Assembly: GCF_026210795.1 (NCBI RefSeq)
Contig: NC_089430.1
Coordinates: forward strand, 3,286,001-3,350,000
DNA: 64,000 nucleotides
Reading direction: 5' to 3'
From: Rhizophagus irregularis
Lineage: Eukaryota
The notes beneath the pieces were generated by a model. It did no database searches, was not told where the DNA came from, and saw nothing but the letters and a program-made list of their open reading frames with translations. The translations under genes and the position numbers were made by a program. Below, one piece after another: positions 39,147 through 51,323 of the stretch. Every line of letters begins with the position of its first letter. Position 1 is the first letter of the stretch.

Positions 39147-39620
39147 GCTGTATGGTACTCATCCATGATTCTATTCGCAACTTTTCGCTGAACATATACT
39201 ACATGTCTTTCTAATGATATCAAGCAACATCTCTTAAGGTCATCTCTGATATCTTGTATCTCATTGAAAGTTAATCGCTGACTACTATGCTGTGTCTCCT
39301 TCCTCCAGTCAATAATAATATTTATAAGAGTGACCTCTCGATAATGGACAAAGTAATAGTTATAGTTGTTTCTAAAATTCAATTGCATAATAGTGCAAAA
39401 TTGTGAATATCTCAGGATCTATTGATCAGATTTTGATGATCTTACTACCATTCGATTCGTCTCATCGAGACGAATCTAATGATATGTGTTTCATTTCTAT
39501 AGCACTGATATTGACGGAGTTTTTAATGAATTTTGGTGTTGAAGCACGATCTAGTGATTGGATTTGAATGAATTTACCACTATTCGATTCGTCATGACAA
39601 GACGATTCTAAAGGCGGTAA

Positions 39621-41990
39621 CATCAGGAAATTTTTTAAGATGCAGAACTGCAGAGATCTGTAAAATTAGCAGATCTCCACATTTTTTTTGTTAATTTATG
39701 CGGAAGTCAGTTATGCAATAATCTGCAATTTTGCATATTTCTGATTTTTTATGTATGCATTTCTGCAGAAAGTCTGCGATTTTGCAGATTTCTGCTTTTT
39801 TTTATGTGAAATTTATGCGGAAGTCTGCAATTTTGCAGATTTTTGCTTTTTTTTCATTAAAATATCAGTTCGATCTGCAATTTTATCATTGATTTAATAT
39901 TTAAACTTTAATTAACTCTAACTTGATTTAATACCTAAATGATTTTTTTTACAATACTCTTTAAAAAAAAAAACTTTACAAAACTTTAAAAAAATAATTT
40001 TTTCTACAACACTTATTACTAAAGAAAAAAACTTTGTAAAATAATTTTTTCTACAACACCTTTCAGGAAATAATCTGTTAAAGATTCTAAAGAAAAAATA
40101 TTTCTATTATTTTTTAAGCTTTGAAACTTATCAGAGAAATTTTTTTTTAAAAAAAAAATTTATTTGCAAGGTTCGGAGTCTTTTTAAGGCAAATTCGTCC
40201 AACATTCAGCACATAATCTGCAACATGCAGGGAAATCAGAACTAAAAAAGGAGTCGTATTCCTTTTTTTTCTTCTTTGAAAAAAAAAATTTTTTTTTAAT
40301 GAACGTCAGTTAACGTTCAGTTTGTAAGTCAAGAAACATAATAGAGCTTATTGTCAATTTTAATTTGGAGGTATATCACCTCTGAAACTTTAATTATTTT
40401 TAGAGAAAAAAAATTTTTTTTATATTATATAGGTTAGATGAAACCTATCGATGATTTAGTTTGGAATTCAGAGGTATGCTTACCTCCAAAATTTAATTTA
40501 TTTTTTAAAAAAAAAATATTTTTTTTTATATTATATAGGTTCTGAATGGAATCTATCGATGATTTTAGTTGAAATTCAGAGGTATGCTTACCTCTGAAAT
40601 TTAATTTATTTTTTTAAAAAAAATAATTTTTTTTATATATTATATAGGTTCCGGATAGAACCTATCAAAGATATTGGAATTCAGAGGTATGCTTACTTCC
40701 GAATCTTAATTAATTTTTTTAATATTATATAGGTTCCAGATAGAACCTATCAAAGATATTGGAATTTGAAGGTATATTAACTTCCGAATCTTAATTTATT
40801 TTTTTAAAAAAAAAATTTTTTTTTATATTATCTAGGGGATAGGTAAATATACGGGGGGCCAACTCAAGGTTACACAGGCTGATCAATTACCGATTGAACT
40901 GAAGCCTTCATAAATTGAAATTACACAAACGAAATTTCATATTAAAATTTCGCTTTTTTTTATTTTTTTCGACACGCACAGCATAAGAAAGTAGCTGATC
41001 TCGAAGTTAAGTTTGTTCATATTAGCTTTATATAGCCGAAGTTTTTTCATCCAAATTGGACCACTGGTTAATTTCTTTCGTATTTTTATATGTTTTATTA
41101 CGCTGACAATAGGAAGTTAGAAATTACAAACTTTTTTTTTGAGATTTCAATAAAAAAATAATTTTTTTTTGCTTAAAACATTTAAAAATAGTGTTTTCTT
41201 CTTTCGTTGTGCATTATTTTCAAGTATTTAATAAACTTTTATATATTTTTGAGGTATTTAAAATAGCCGATCAAGTTTTTTGAAATATATGTAAGCGAAA
41301 CTCGACAAAAATTATATATTTCCGTTAGCTTTGATTTTGTTATTTTTCAGCTAATTTTTTTTCATAGATCATATTGATTATCGGCCCATTTCTCGCTTTA
41401 AACATGGGGTATTTTTGAATTTTAATATAGTTACTTATAAAATTACTATAGGCTTCGTTCTGGTCTTATGACTATGGCCTGTGTAACCTTGAGTTGGCCC
41501 CCCGTATATTTACCTATCCCCTAGATATTATATAGGTTCCGGATGGAACCTATCGATGATTTTAGTTGGAATTCGGAGGTATATTAACTTCCGAATCTTT
41601 AATTTATTTTAAAAAAAAAATAATAATTTTTTATTATATTATATAGGTTAGGATCCTGGGCATTATTGATGATTTTAGTTGGAATTCGGAGGTATGCTTA
41701 CCTTTGAAATTTAATTTATTTTTTTAAAAAAAAATAATTTTTTTATATTATATAGGTTCCGGATGGAACCTATCAATGATTTAGTTTAGAATTCGGAGGT
41801 ATCTTTACCTAGAATGCTAATTTATTTTTTTAAAAAAAATAATTTTTTTTATATATTATATAGGTTCTGGATGAAACTTATCAAATTTGTACGTCATATT
41901 ACGTGATGAGTTGACGATCTGGTAAAAAAGGAGTATTAGCCATTTTTGGCAATAATCTGCATAAATCGGCATTATTAAATTTTTCCGGTT
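39621..41990 (+). mobile_element. Non-autonomous element (CATCAGGAAA / CAACCGGAAA ends) carrying ~110 bp exon-intron-like tandem units
   Basis: Imperfect TIR; the same CATCAGGAAATTTT terminus occurs reversed at 6287-6300; TSD unclear. Confidence 0.5.
40832..41524. mobile_element. Young non-autonomous TIR element with 48 bp perfect TIRs and a 7 bp TSD
   Basis: CTAGGGGATAGG...ACACAGGC identical at both ends; ATATTAT duplicated. Confidence 0.9.
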
Positions 41991-42434
41991 GAGTGGCAAT
42001 TTGTCCCTTAATATTAATCAATTAGAGGTTAATATTAACAGGGTATGAAATTTAGCAATTTTAATAATTTATATATATTATTTGTTTAAAATTTTATGAT
42101 TTTTATTTTGTGTTTAATATATATTTAATTTTTATATACTTTATAAAGAAAATTGTTAAAAATTTCAAATAATTTGTGATGTTAATATAAAATTAAATTG
42201 CTTGCTAAAAATAAAAAGATTAATATTAAAATAGTAAAAATATTTTAATATAACAAAATAATGAAATTATTTTATTATTAAAATTAATTAAAGTGAAATA
42301 ATAACAATTTTAATATAATAAAATTCATTAATAAGTAACTTTATATAAAACCAATTATGGTTTGATGCAAAAATGTTGATATATAAAAATTATTATCTAA
42401 ATTGGTAGTATTATATAAAAATTAACAATCAAGT

Positions 42435-43826
42435 TAGTGCTTCTAACAGATCGGTTCAAACCGGATTTAGCTTAAATCTGATCTGATCTGATTTTTATTT
42501 TAATAGATCTGATCTGATTTGAATTTGATCAGATCTGGTTCAATTTAATCCGAATCTGGTTCGGATCCATTTGAATCTGATTTGAATCTGATCCAAATTT
42601 GGTCCTTGTACTAAAAAAAGGAAAGGGAACGTTAATTACGTTCCTTAAAGTAAAAAAAATAAAAATAAAAATAAAAAAACGAACTTACCATAGTTCGTTC
42701 TTTTAAATCCTGGTCATTCAGCTTCGTCTCGCGTCTAGGTTTCCTAAAAATAAAAGAAAGGGAACGTTAATTACGTTCCCCTAAGTAAAAATAAAAAAAA
42801 AACCTAAAAAAAAGAAACGAACTTACCATAGTTCGTTCTTTTTTTTAAATCCTGGTTGTTAACGTTTTAATGACTTCATTCGTCCAGGTTTCCTAAAAAA
42901 AAGGGAACGTTAATTACGTTCCTTTAAGTAAAAATAAAAAAAAAACTTAAAAAAGAAATGAACTTACTATAGTTCGTTCTTTTTTTAAATCCTGGTCGTT
43001 AATGGCTTCATCTACGTCTAGGTTACCTAAAAAAAAGGAACGTTAATTACATTCCCTTAAGTAAAAATAAAAAAAAAACTTAAAAAAAGAAATGAACTTA
43101 CCATAGTTCGTTCTTTTTTTTAAATCCCGGTCGTTAATCGGCCCATTCACTCCAGGCTTTTCTAAAAGAAAAAAAAAAAAAAAAAAAAAAGCGAACGTTA
43201 ATTACGTTCCTTAACGTAAAAATAAAAAAAAAACTTAAAAAAAGAAATGAACTTACCATAGTTCGTTCTTTTTTTAAATCCTGGTCGTTAACGACTTCGT
43301 TCACGTCCAGGTTTCCTAAAAAAGAAAGAGAACGTTAATTACGTTCCCTTAAATAAAAATTAAAAAAAAACCTTAAAAAAAAGAACGAACTCACCATAGG
43401 TTCTTAAACGTTCCCTTCTTAAATCCTGGTCGTTAGGCTATCTTGTTACGTCGGAAGGCTTCCTAATAAAAAAGAAGGGAACCGTTAATTAAGTTCCCTC
43501 AAGTAAAAATAACAAAAAAAAAGAAACGAACTTACCTAGTTCGTTCTTTTAAATCTTGGTCGTTCGGCGTCCGTTTGTCCAGGAAAGGGTTTTTAAAAAA
43601 ATGAATTTTTTTTTTTTAAAAAAATTTAAAAAAAAATCTGATCTGAAATCTGTTCAGATCGGATCGGATTTTCTCATGTTTGATCTGATCTGATCTGAAT
43701 CTGATCGGATCAGATTTTTTTTTAAATCCGATCTGATCTATGGATCAAAATTTTGAAAACTGAACCGATCTGACTCAGATCAAATTTGCGAATCCCAGAT
43801 CAGATCGGATTTTTTTCGGAGCACTA
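42435..43826 (-). mobile_element. hAT non-autonomous element with GATCT-rich subtermini and seven ~140 bp internal units
   Basis: TAGTGCT termini; TSD AATCAAGT/GATCGAGT. Confidence 0.75.
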
Positions 43827-44360
43827 GATCGAGTCATATAAGTATAACAATTATATAATAAGTAAGAAACATTTCTACTTTCAATTTATCAAATAAAAAT
43901 ACACCTTTTTTACTTCATAGATAATACAAAACATGATTAAATCCTTTTAATTAGCAACAAAAAAAAAATAATTATTTATATTCACTAATAATTTTTAGAT
44001 ATTTGACAATACCAGAAATAATATTAAAACTTATTACTACACAAAAGGTTGCTATAGTAGTTCTTATTATTAGAAAGGTAACAATTGTATGTATGGTTGC
44101 TGAATACAATAAAAATAAGATCTTATTATAAAAAACTATGGCTAATTAAAAAAAAAACTTAACTATAATGTTGTTGAGTTTATATATAGTTTTGTTATTT
44201 CTGCAAACAGCAAATATTTTCAATATCCACTTTCAATATATGTATTACAACAAAAACTTAAAGAAAATAGTCATATATTTCAAAATGAACATTAGTACTT
44301 CATATACTTACTTTACCATTGTAAACTACAATTAATCAAAGAAGTTTAGTCTACTGTATA

Positions 44361-44527
44361 CATACTGCCCAAATTATTTTAAAATGCTATAATTATAATT
44401 TAAGATGCTATAATTCATTCAATTTATATATAATTTACTATGTAAAGTATCAAAATAATTTGGGATGCTATAATTATTTGGAATTTTACTTATAATTATG
44501 GCAGCCTAAAATAATTTGAATGGTATG
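44361..44527. mobile_element. Degenerate TA-flanked MITE
   Basis: TA|CATACTGCCCAAATTATTTT ... AAAATAATTTGAATGGTATG|TA. Confidence 0.6.
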
Positions 44528-45966
44528 TATAGTTTACTGTAAAAGGTGTAGTTATTAAAGCCAGTCTTTATTTTAATCTTTTCGCTATTAGATACAAATT
44601 ATTATATGCTTTTAAGAAAAAGATTACTTCTAAAATTACAGTTGGGTTTTAGAAAAAATGTCTTAATAAGACGAAAAAATATAAATATTTATGTAATGAT
44701 ATGAAAATAAAAATAAAGATTCTGAAGTTGAAGAATTTGATGAATTATATAGGCTGATTTGTTTTTTTTTTTATTAAAAAGAGTTATTGAATTGATTTTC
44801 ACAATTTTTGTTACTCAAAATTGTTTTGTAATACCAAAAAATCATCTGATTGATGATCACTTGACTAAATAATAAGTTGAACAAAAATTTACATTTGCGA
44901 AACTAAATTATTAAATATAAAAAAACTGTGAAAACCCCCATTTCACTAATAAAAAACCCATTTCTCATATATATGGAATTTTTAACATATATTATTAAAA
45001 AGTAAGTATATTTTAATAAGAAATTTACTACAAAAAACCACTGGTGGTCACCACCAGTGTCACGTGTTTATTATTTTTATTGATAAATTAATAAATTATT
45101 AGCTCCCTTGTTTATTGTTTAATATGTATTTATGCGGTTAGCAGTTTCTTAATTAGTATTAACGCGTAATAGTTTAGCCGTTTATGTTGAGTATTACGTC
45201 ACAAAATAAAATATTGCTGTGGTTTGCTTCGCTAAAACAATAGTAGCTTCGTGTCATATTGTATCGCTTATTGTTTCGCTGCGGCTTGTATTCTGTCATA
45301 TATCCACGAAGCTCCCCGTATTTTTTTCTTTACTTCTGTTTGATAGTTTACGCTGGACCATTTCGATCAAGTTTCATAAAAACACACCAACTGTTCTGTT
45401 TGGTGACTGTTATATCCCACCTTTCAAATTATCTAGGAACCATGCCAAATGGTTCATTTCTACAAAATAAAAAAAAAGAATGTTAGCAAAATGTTCTTAT
45501 ACTAAATTATTAAACACAATACTCCCACCTATAACCCACCTTTAAAATCGCCTAGAAGTTGTGCCAAATGGTTCATTCCTACAAAAATAAAAAAGAAGAA
45601 CATTAACTAAACATTTTTATACTAATTTACTAAATATTACCACTACACTACCCCATCCACCTTTGAAATCGCTTTAGAGCTGTAACCAAAAAGTCCGTTT
45701 CTACAAAATAAAAAAAACAATTGGTTAGTATATTAAAAATAAAAAAAAATTTTTTTATAAAAAAATTGATCAAATTAGTGAATTACATAATTCACATATT
45801 CATACTGAATAATTCATTATAGTAGCCTTATTTATTTCTGTTTGTTCTAATCTGATCTGATTTTCACAAAATTTTTTTTGGCCAATCAAAAAACAGCGTA
45901 AATTGAACAGAAAAATTCGCGTTATGATCTATTTCATTCTGTTCCAATTTTTTTCTTTCTATAATT

Positions 45967-47299
45967 ATGTCTAAAAAGGATATTGAATATACTTTAATGT
46001 TATTAACAATACAGGATTTAAATGACTCTTTTGACTCTTTTAATGATAATGAATTAAATAATAATACAGTCAACCCTTGTTATAACAAACCCTAGGTTCT
46101 AGACCTCAACTTCGCTATAGGGCTATAGTGAAGATTTTAAGAGATTTGATTGGTTAATTCGTTATAACAAGGGGAAATTTATTATAGTTGTCTGAAAAAT
46201 TCACTATATCAAGGGTTTGTTATATCAAGGTTTGACTGTAATAATTTAATAAAAAAAATACTTCTTGCTTTATCCTCTTTACATTATCTTGTTCCTCAAA
46301 ACTATATTCCTAAGTCTCAACATTGGTATTATAAAATCTTACCATTATATGATGATATACGATTTAAAAAAGTTTTACGAATGGAAAGATAACAGTTTAA
46401 CAAGCTAATACAAGTTTTACAGAACGATACAGTTTTTCAAAATAAAGGAAATAAGCCATAGGTACCAGTTGAATTTTAATTAGTAATATTTCTTAGGCGT
46501 TTAAGTTCTAAAGATGATATTTTAAGTATTTGTTCTCAATTTGAAATATGTGAAGGTACTGTAATTCTTTATATTAACTGTGTAATAAAGGCTATTAGAA
46601 ATAAAAAATTGGAGTTTGTTCAATTGCCTAAGAATAATAATAATCGTGCTATTGTTTATGCAGGATTTTAAGCTATTGGAGAGTTTCAAAATATTATTGG
46701 AGCAATAGATGGTACTCATTTTATTTTAAATGAAGCACCTGCACAAGATCTAACAGCACTTTTTACAAGAAAAAAAAGATACGTAATTCATTGTTAAGGA
46801 ATTGTTGATTTTAAAGGAATTTTTATTAATTATATAATAGGATGGCCGGGATCAGTGCATGATGCACGAGCCTATGCTAATTCTGATTTTTTCTTAATAA
46901 AGCAAAATATATTGAAGGAGATGATTATGTGTTAGGTGATTCAGCATATCCGATCTCTTCCTTTTTAATTACTCCTTTTAAAAATCCATTTAATCATCGA
47001 CAATGTCAATTTAACTTTATTTATTCAAAACATAGAGTTGTTGTAGAATATGCCTTTGGTAAATTAAAGGCTAAATTCAAAGCATTAAAAGAATTATCTG
47101 TAAAAGATATAAAGACAGCAATTAAATTAGCAGATTGTGCTATATTATTGTATAACTTTCTTGAAATTTGTAGGAAAATTTGGGAGATTAATGATCAAAA
47201 TGATGATGATGATAATTATAATGATCAATATGATTGGGAAGATAAAAGTGATGAAATTTAAAATTAGAAGGCAAACTTAAAAGAAAAAGAATGTCATAT
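45967..47299 (+). pseudogene. PIF/Harbinger (DDE_Tnp_4, HARBI1-like) transposase; element left end at 45824
   Basis: IIGAIDGTH, GWPGSVHDAR, LGDSAYP, HRVVVEYAFGKLKAKF; several stops. Confidence 0.85.
46067..46238. mobile_element. Tc1/mariner-type MITE inside the Harbinger transposase
   Basis: TA TSD; same family as 36614-36785. Confidence 0.85.
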
Positions 47300-48757
47300 G
47301 GGCCGATCCTTGGAATCTAATTTTTTTACACAAAAATAATTTTATTAAAGCAAATATAAATTATCATTTATATAAGAATAATAAATTTATACCAGATAAT
47401 GCAAAAAAAACTAATTAATTATATAATTTTTAATTTTTTTTTAATATAAGATATCATTAAAATTTAAAAGATCAAATATAACTCTCATGACAAAATCATT
47501 GATAATTCTTCGTAGAAATAAGCTATACAAATAAATTTACATTCATTTGAAAGAGAAAATCGAGATCTATCTAATGAATCTAAAAACAAGTGAATTGAAT
47601 CACTAGTTGTTCAGTAATCACGTTTAGTATATTATTGAATTTTATCTAAATTTGATCATTAATTACTTCACATATAGTGATTCAATTTGAATGATCTTTG
47701 CTCCCTAAGGTGATGCCAACTTTTATCTTTAAAATAAATTTAAAATAATTCGTTTAATATATGTAGATGTTTAGGAATCATCAATTATATTATTAATATA
47801 AAATTTTATAAATTTGATAAAATCTGATATAAAAAAATTTATTAAATACCTGTAGATGCAAGCTACACGAATGAAATTATATTCATTTGAAAGAGAAAAT
47901 TGAGGTCTATCTAATAAGCCTAAAATCGAATGAATTGAATCACTGGATTGTGAATAATTACGTCTAATATATTTATTTTTAATTTTTAAATTTGATTTGA
48001 CTTTGATCGTTAATTACGCCTCATCCAGTGATCCAATTTTCCTGATCTTTGATTCTTACGATAGAGCAAATTCTCAGCTTTCAAATGAATGTAAAATGAT
48101 GACGTTAGCATATCTCCAGGAATAATAATGCACGATTTTGTCACCTGCATAAAGTCCGATCTGAAAATTTTATTTCTTACCAAAAAATGCTTTCATAAGA
48201 GAATCCCAAATTCTTTTACTTTATTTAAAAGATTTTATTTGCCATTTAAGGATTTTAGTAGAATAAATCTAATGAAATAATTTTAAAAGATAAAAAACAA
48301 ATATATAATTAGTTATTTTTAAAAAAAAGAATATCTTATTATTCATTTTACAACTATTTTACATCATAATTATTTTTTATTTGCATGTATTTTTTACAAA
48401 GAAAAAACAATAAATTAAAGCTAAAAATTATGAAAAAATATGTCTTATCTATGTATATAAAATATTAAGTTTTTTCTTTTACTTACCACTTAAAAATAAC
48501 TGCTATATTTGCTTATAAACTTTTTTGTCATATTTAATAAAAGTGAATAGAAAAATGATGGAAAAGTGATGGGAGTGATGGGGAAAAAGAAGTGGTTATT
48601 ACCGTTATTTTTGAATATTGATTAAAAAAATTTTTTTATTTTTTATTAAATCTGAGTTACGTAAATATGTAACACATATTTAATTTAGATTTGTGTAATG
48701 TTAATCTTACAAATTTTTATAAAAATCTTAATTTAGACTAATTCCAAAAATCGGCAC
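47300..48757 (+). mobile_element. ~1.46 kb non-autonomous element, copy 1 (ATAT TSD, possibly Sola-like)
   Basis: TIR G(G/T)GCCGAT..TTGGAAT; near-identical inverted copy at 51324-52790. Confidence 0.8.
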
Positions 48758-49063
48758 ATATGCCATTGTATATAATATAGTAAAAGAAAAGAAAAGCAAC
48801 TAAAAAAAAGGGAATACAGTTCCCCTTTGATATAACGAACCCTATGTTTTAACTGATCAAAGCTTCGTTATAAGCAAATTCGTTAATACTAGCCCTGTTC
48901 ATTTCTGTTCTGTTCCGATCTGATCTGATTTTCACAAAATTTTTTAGCCAATCAAATTCATTTAAAAATTGGATCAATAACTGGATTAACGGATTAAAAA
49001 AATTGATGATCTAAGTGTTCTGAATACGCGTTTTTTACAGTCTCACGTTTAAATTTACTAATA

Positions 49064-50158
49064 ATGACTTCAATAACTTCTAAAAATAAGAAAAAAGTTT
49101 TGTCAGCAAGCAATAAGGACGTTAATACAAACATAAAACTTCATGTTACTATACGTCTAGAATCAACCACATTAAAACAAAGTAATTTGCCCATTAAGGT
49201 GATTGCATCTGAATCAACTTTAACTCATAAAGAAATAACTCAAACAATTATTAACCTTTCTGATGACCTTACTGAACCTACTAAAGATGTTTGTATTTAT
49301 ATTTTTGTCTAGTATTAATTTTATTTACTTTATTTTAATATATTCTATTTACAAATAGCTGGACGCGAAAACTACCTAAGAAGAACCACAAAAAATTGAA
49401 GTTTCTATGGTAAAAATTTCAGTTTAATACACTTAATTAGATTTCTATAAATTAAGACTTACTTACTTTAGCTACCAATTAAAGGTACTAAATGTAAAAA
49501 GCAAGTTTTGAAAATAAAAGTTAAATCAAATGATGATGCTAAGTGGACAGATAGCGAAATTAAAATATTGCTTAAGTTTTGGAAAGAAAATTTGGAAGAA
49601 TAGAAACAGGGAAAGGTGAAGGTTTATCAAAAAATTATAAGTAAAAATGTGTTACCAGGTCATACTCTTGATCAAATCAGAAATAAGGTTGGAAAATTGT
49701 GTGAAACATATTTGCAAAAAAAAAAAAAGCTAATTCTACTAGTAAAGGTAATGTAGAATGGATTTAGTTCTTACAAATGGAAGAAATTTTGTCGCTATCA
49801 ACCCAGATTATGTTACAGATTCAACTTCATATTTTCCTCCTATTTCTTATGGCGAAAATTCAGATAATAAAAAAAATTATAAAGCTAATGAAACACGAAA
49901 AAAGAAAAGAAAATCAACAGGAATTGAAGGTATATCTGGGGTAATTGCAGTAATGGGAGAATCAAGGGATAGGTTTTATGAAAAAAAACTAGACTTAAAG
50001 GAGCGTAAAAGTTAAAAGAAATTCGAATTGGAGGAAAAGAAATTAATTCAGCAATACGAGTTGAAAAAGAGTAAGTTGGAGATAGAAAGATTGCGTGCTG
50101 AAAATGAAAAAGTTAAATTAGAGTTGAAAATGTTGAAATTTCGCAAAAATAATAAATG
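49064..50158 (+). pseudogene. Myb/SANT-like accessory gene of the Harbinger element
   Basis: KWTDSEIKILLKFW...QIRNKVGKL; coiled-coil C-terminus; preceded by a Harbinger TIR copy at 48891. Confidence 0.7.
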
Positions 50159-50180
50159 AAAATTTTTTATTGATTTGAAG

Positions 50181-51203
50181 AACAGGACGGACATCTCCAT
50201 ATTATCATGATATTGCCGATCATTTTGCTGATCACTTGTCCAATATTATCATATAAAAAAATACCGTTGAATTAATTTTTTCACAAATTCTACATAATAA
50301 TGTATAAAATTTCAATTTTATTTACTTTATTTTATTTATTGTTAATAAATTAGTTCTTAAAATGATTCATAAAGATTTTGTCAAATATTAGACATATATT
50401 AATTTTACAATAATTGTAAACATTTATTTAATGATAACTTTTGGGTTATCAAAAATTATTCAGGTTTATTTTAGTCACTAATTCTTGAATATCTAAATAG
50501 TATATTGTGAAAGTTTCAAGTTTGGTCCAAAGTTCTGTGGCTTAGCTTGAAGCTTCAAAGTCAAATTAGCAGATGATCAGCATATGGGCGGACTTATAGC
50601 AAAAGGTGGGGCTCGGACAATCACGTGATTTCAAAAAAAATTGAACTTTAATATTATTGGTTAATTTAATAAATTATAATTTATTCCATCATTTTTAAAG
50701 ATTTTTAAAATCAATTTTTTGCAAACTAGAGTAAATTTTTGCAAGGAATTCATTAAAAGCATTAGTTTTTTTCTAAAGCATCTATATTATTTGTTAAATG
50801 CAATAATAGAAAAATACAAAATTTGCAAATTCTTAAATAAAAAAATTTTTTATTAATATATTATAAACAAAATTTTTTTTTTCTGAAAGGTTAAATAAAG
50901 TAATATATAATTAAAATAAAATTTCAAAAAAAAAATTTTGGCCAAGCCCCCCCTTTTGCTACAAGTCCGCCCATATATATGAATTATTGAAAATCTCAGC
51001 CTAAGGCTAAATTTGGAACCACATTTTATTTTGCCACAATACTTTTATATTTAATTATTGATAACCTAATTATTAAACAAAACAATTAAATATTATTTTT
51101 AGAACATTTATAGCTTGAGATAAGGCTTCAAAGTTAATGTGATATCACATTTATTATGATCGGCAAATGATCAACATGTGATATAGGGTATGTCCGTCCT
51201 GTT
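50181..51203. mobile_element. MULE-type non-autonomous element
   Basis: TIR AACAGGACGGACAT; 9 bp TSD GATTTGAAG/GATTTAAAG. Confidence 0.8.
50586..50972. mobile_element. Nested MITE with ATAT TSD
   Basis: TIR GGGCGGACTT(A/G)TAGCAAAAGG. Confidence 0.8.
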
Positions 51204-51323
51204 GATTTAAAGTTTACCTTACATAATTAAATATATTTATTAAATATAATATAAATATAAAATATTTTTTTTGTAAAATTTGTTTATTAATTACTTGTTA
51301 TGCTACATATTAATTTAACATAT

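Larger units (their letters stand above)
34165..39388 (-). pseudogene. Hypothetical ORF with Cys-rich C-terminus, split by the pogo and hAT inserts
   Basis: EYHTA|LHT|I*AGFLNYTRCF...LCKEYLM...LCKDCSE reads in one frame after removing 38434-39146 and 34404-38417. Confidence 0.55.

Noticed and set aside
42605..43600. CRISPR-like repeat/variable-spacer array
   Set aside because: Eukaryotic context, no cas genes, the variable parts are homologous to each other, and it lies inside a hAT element
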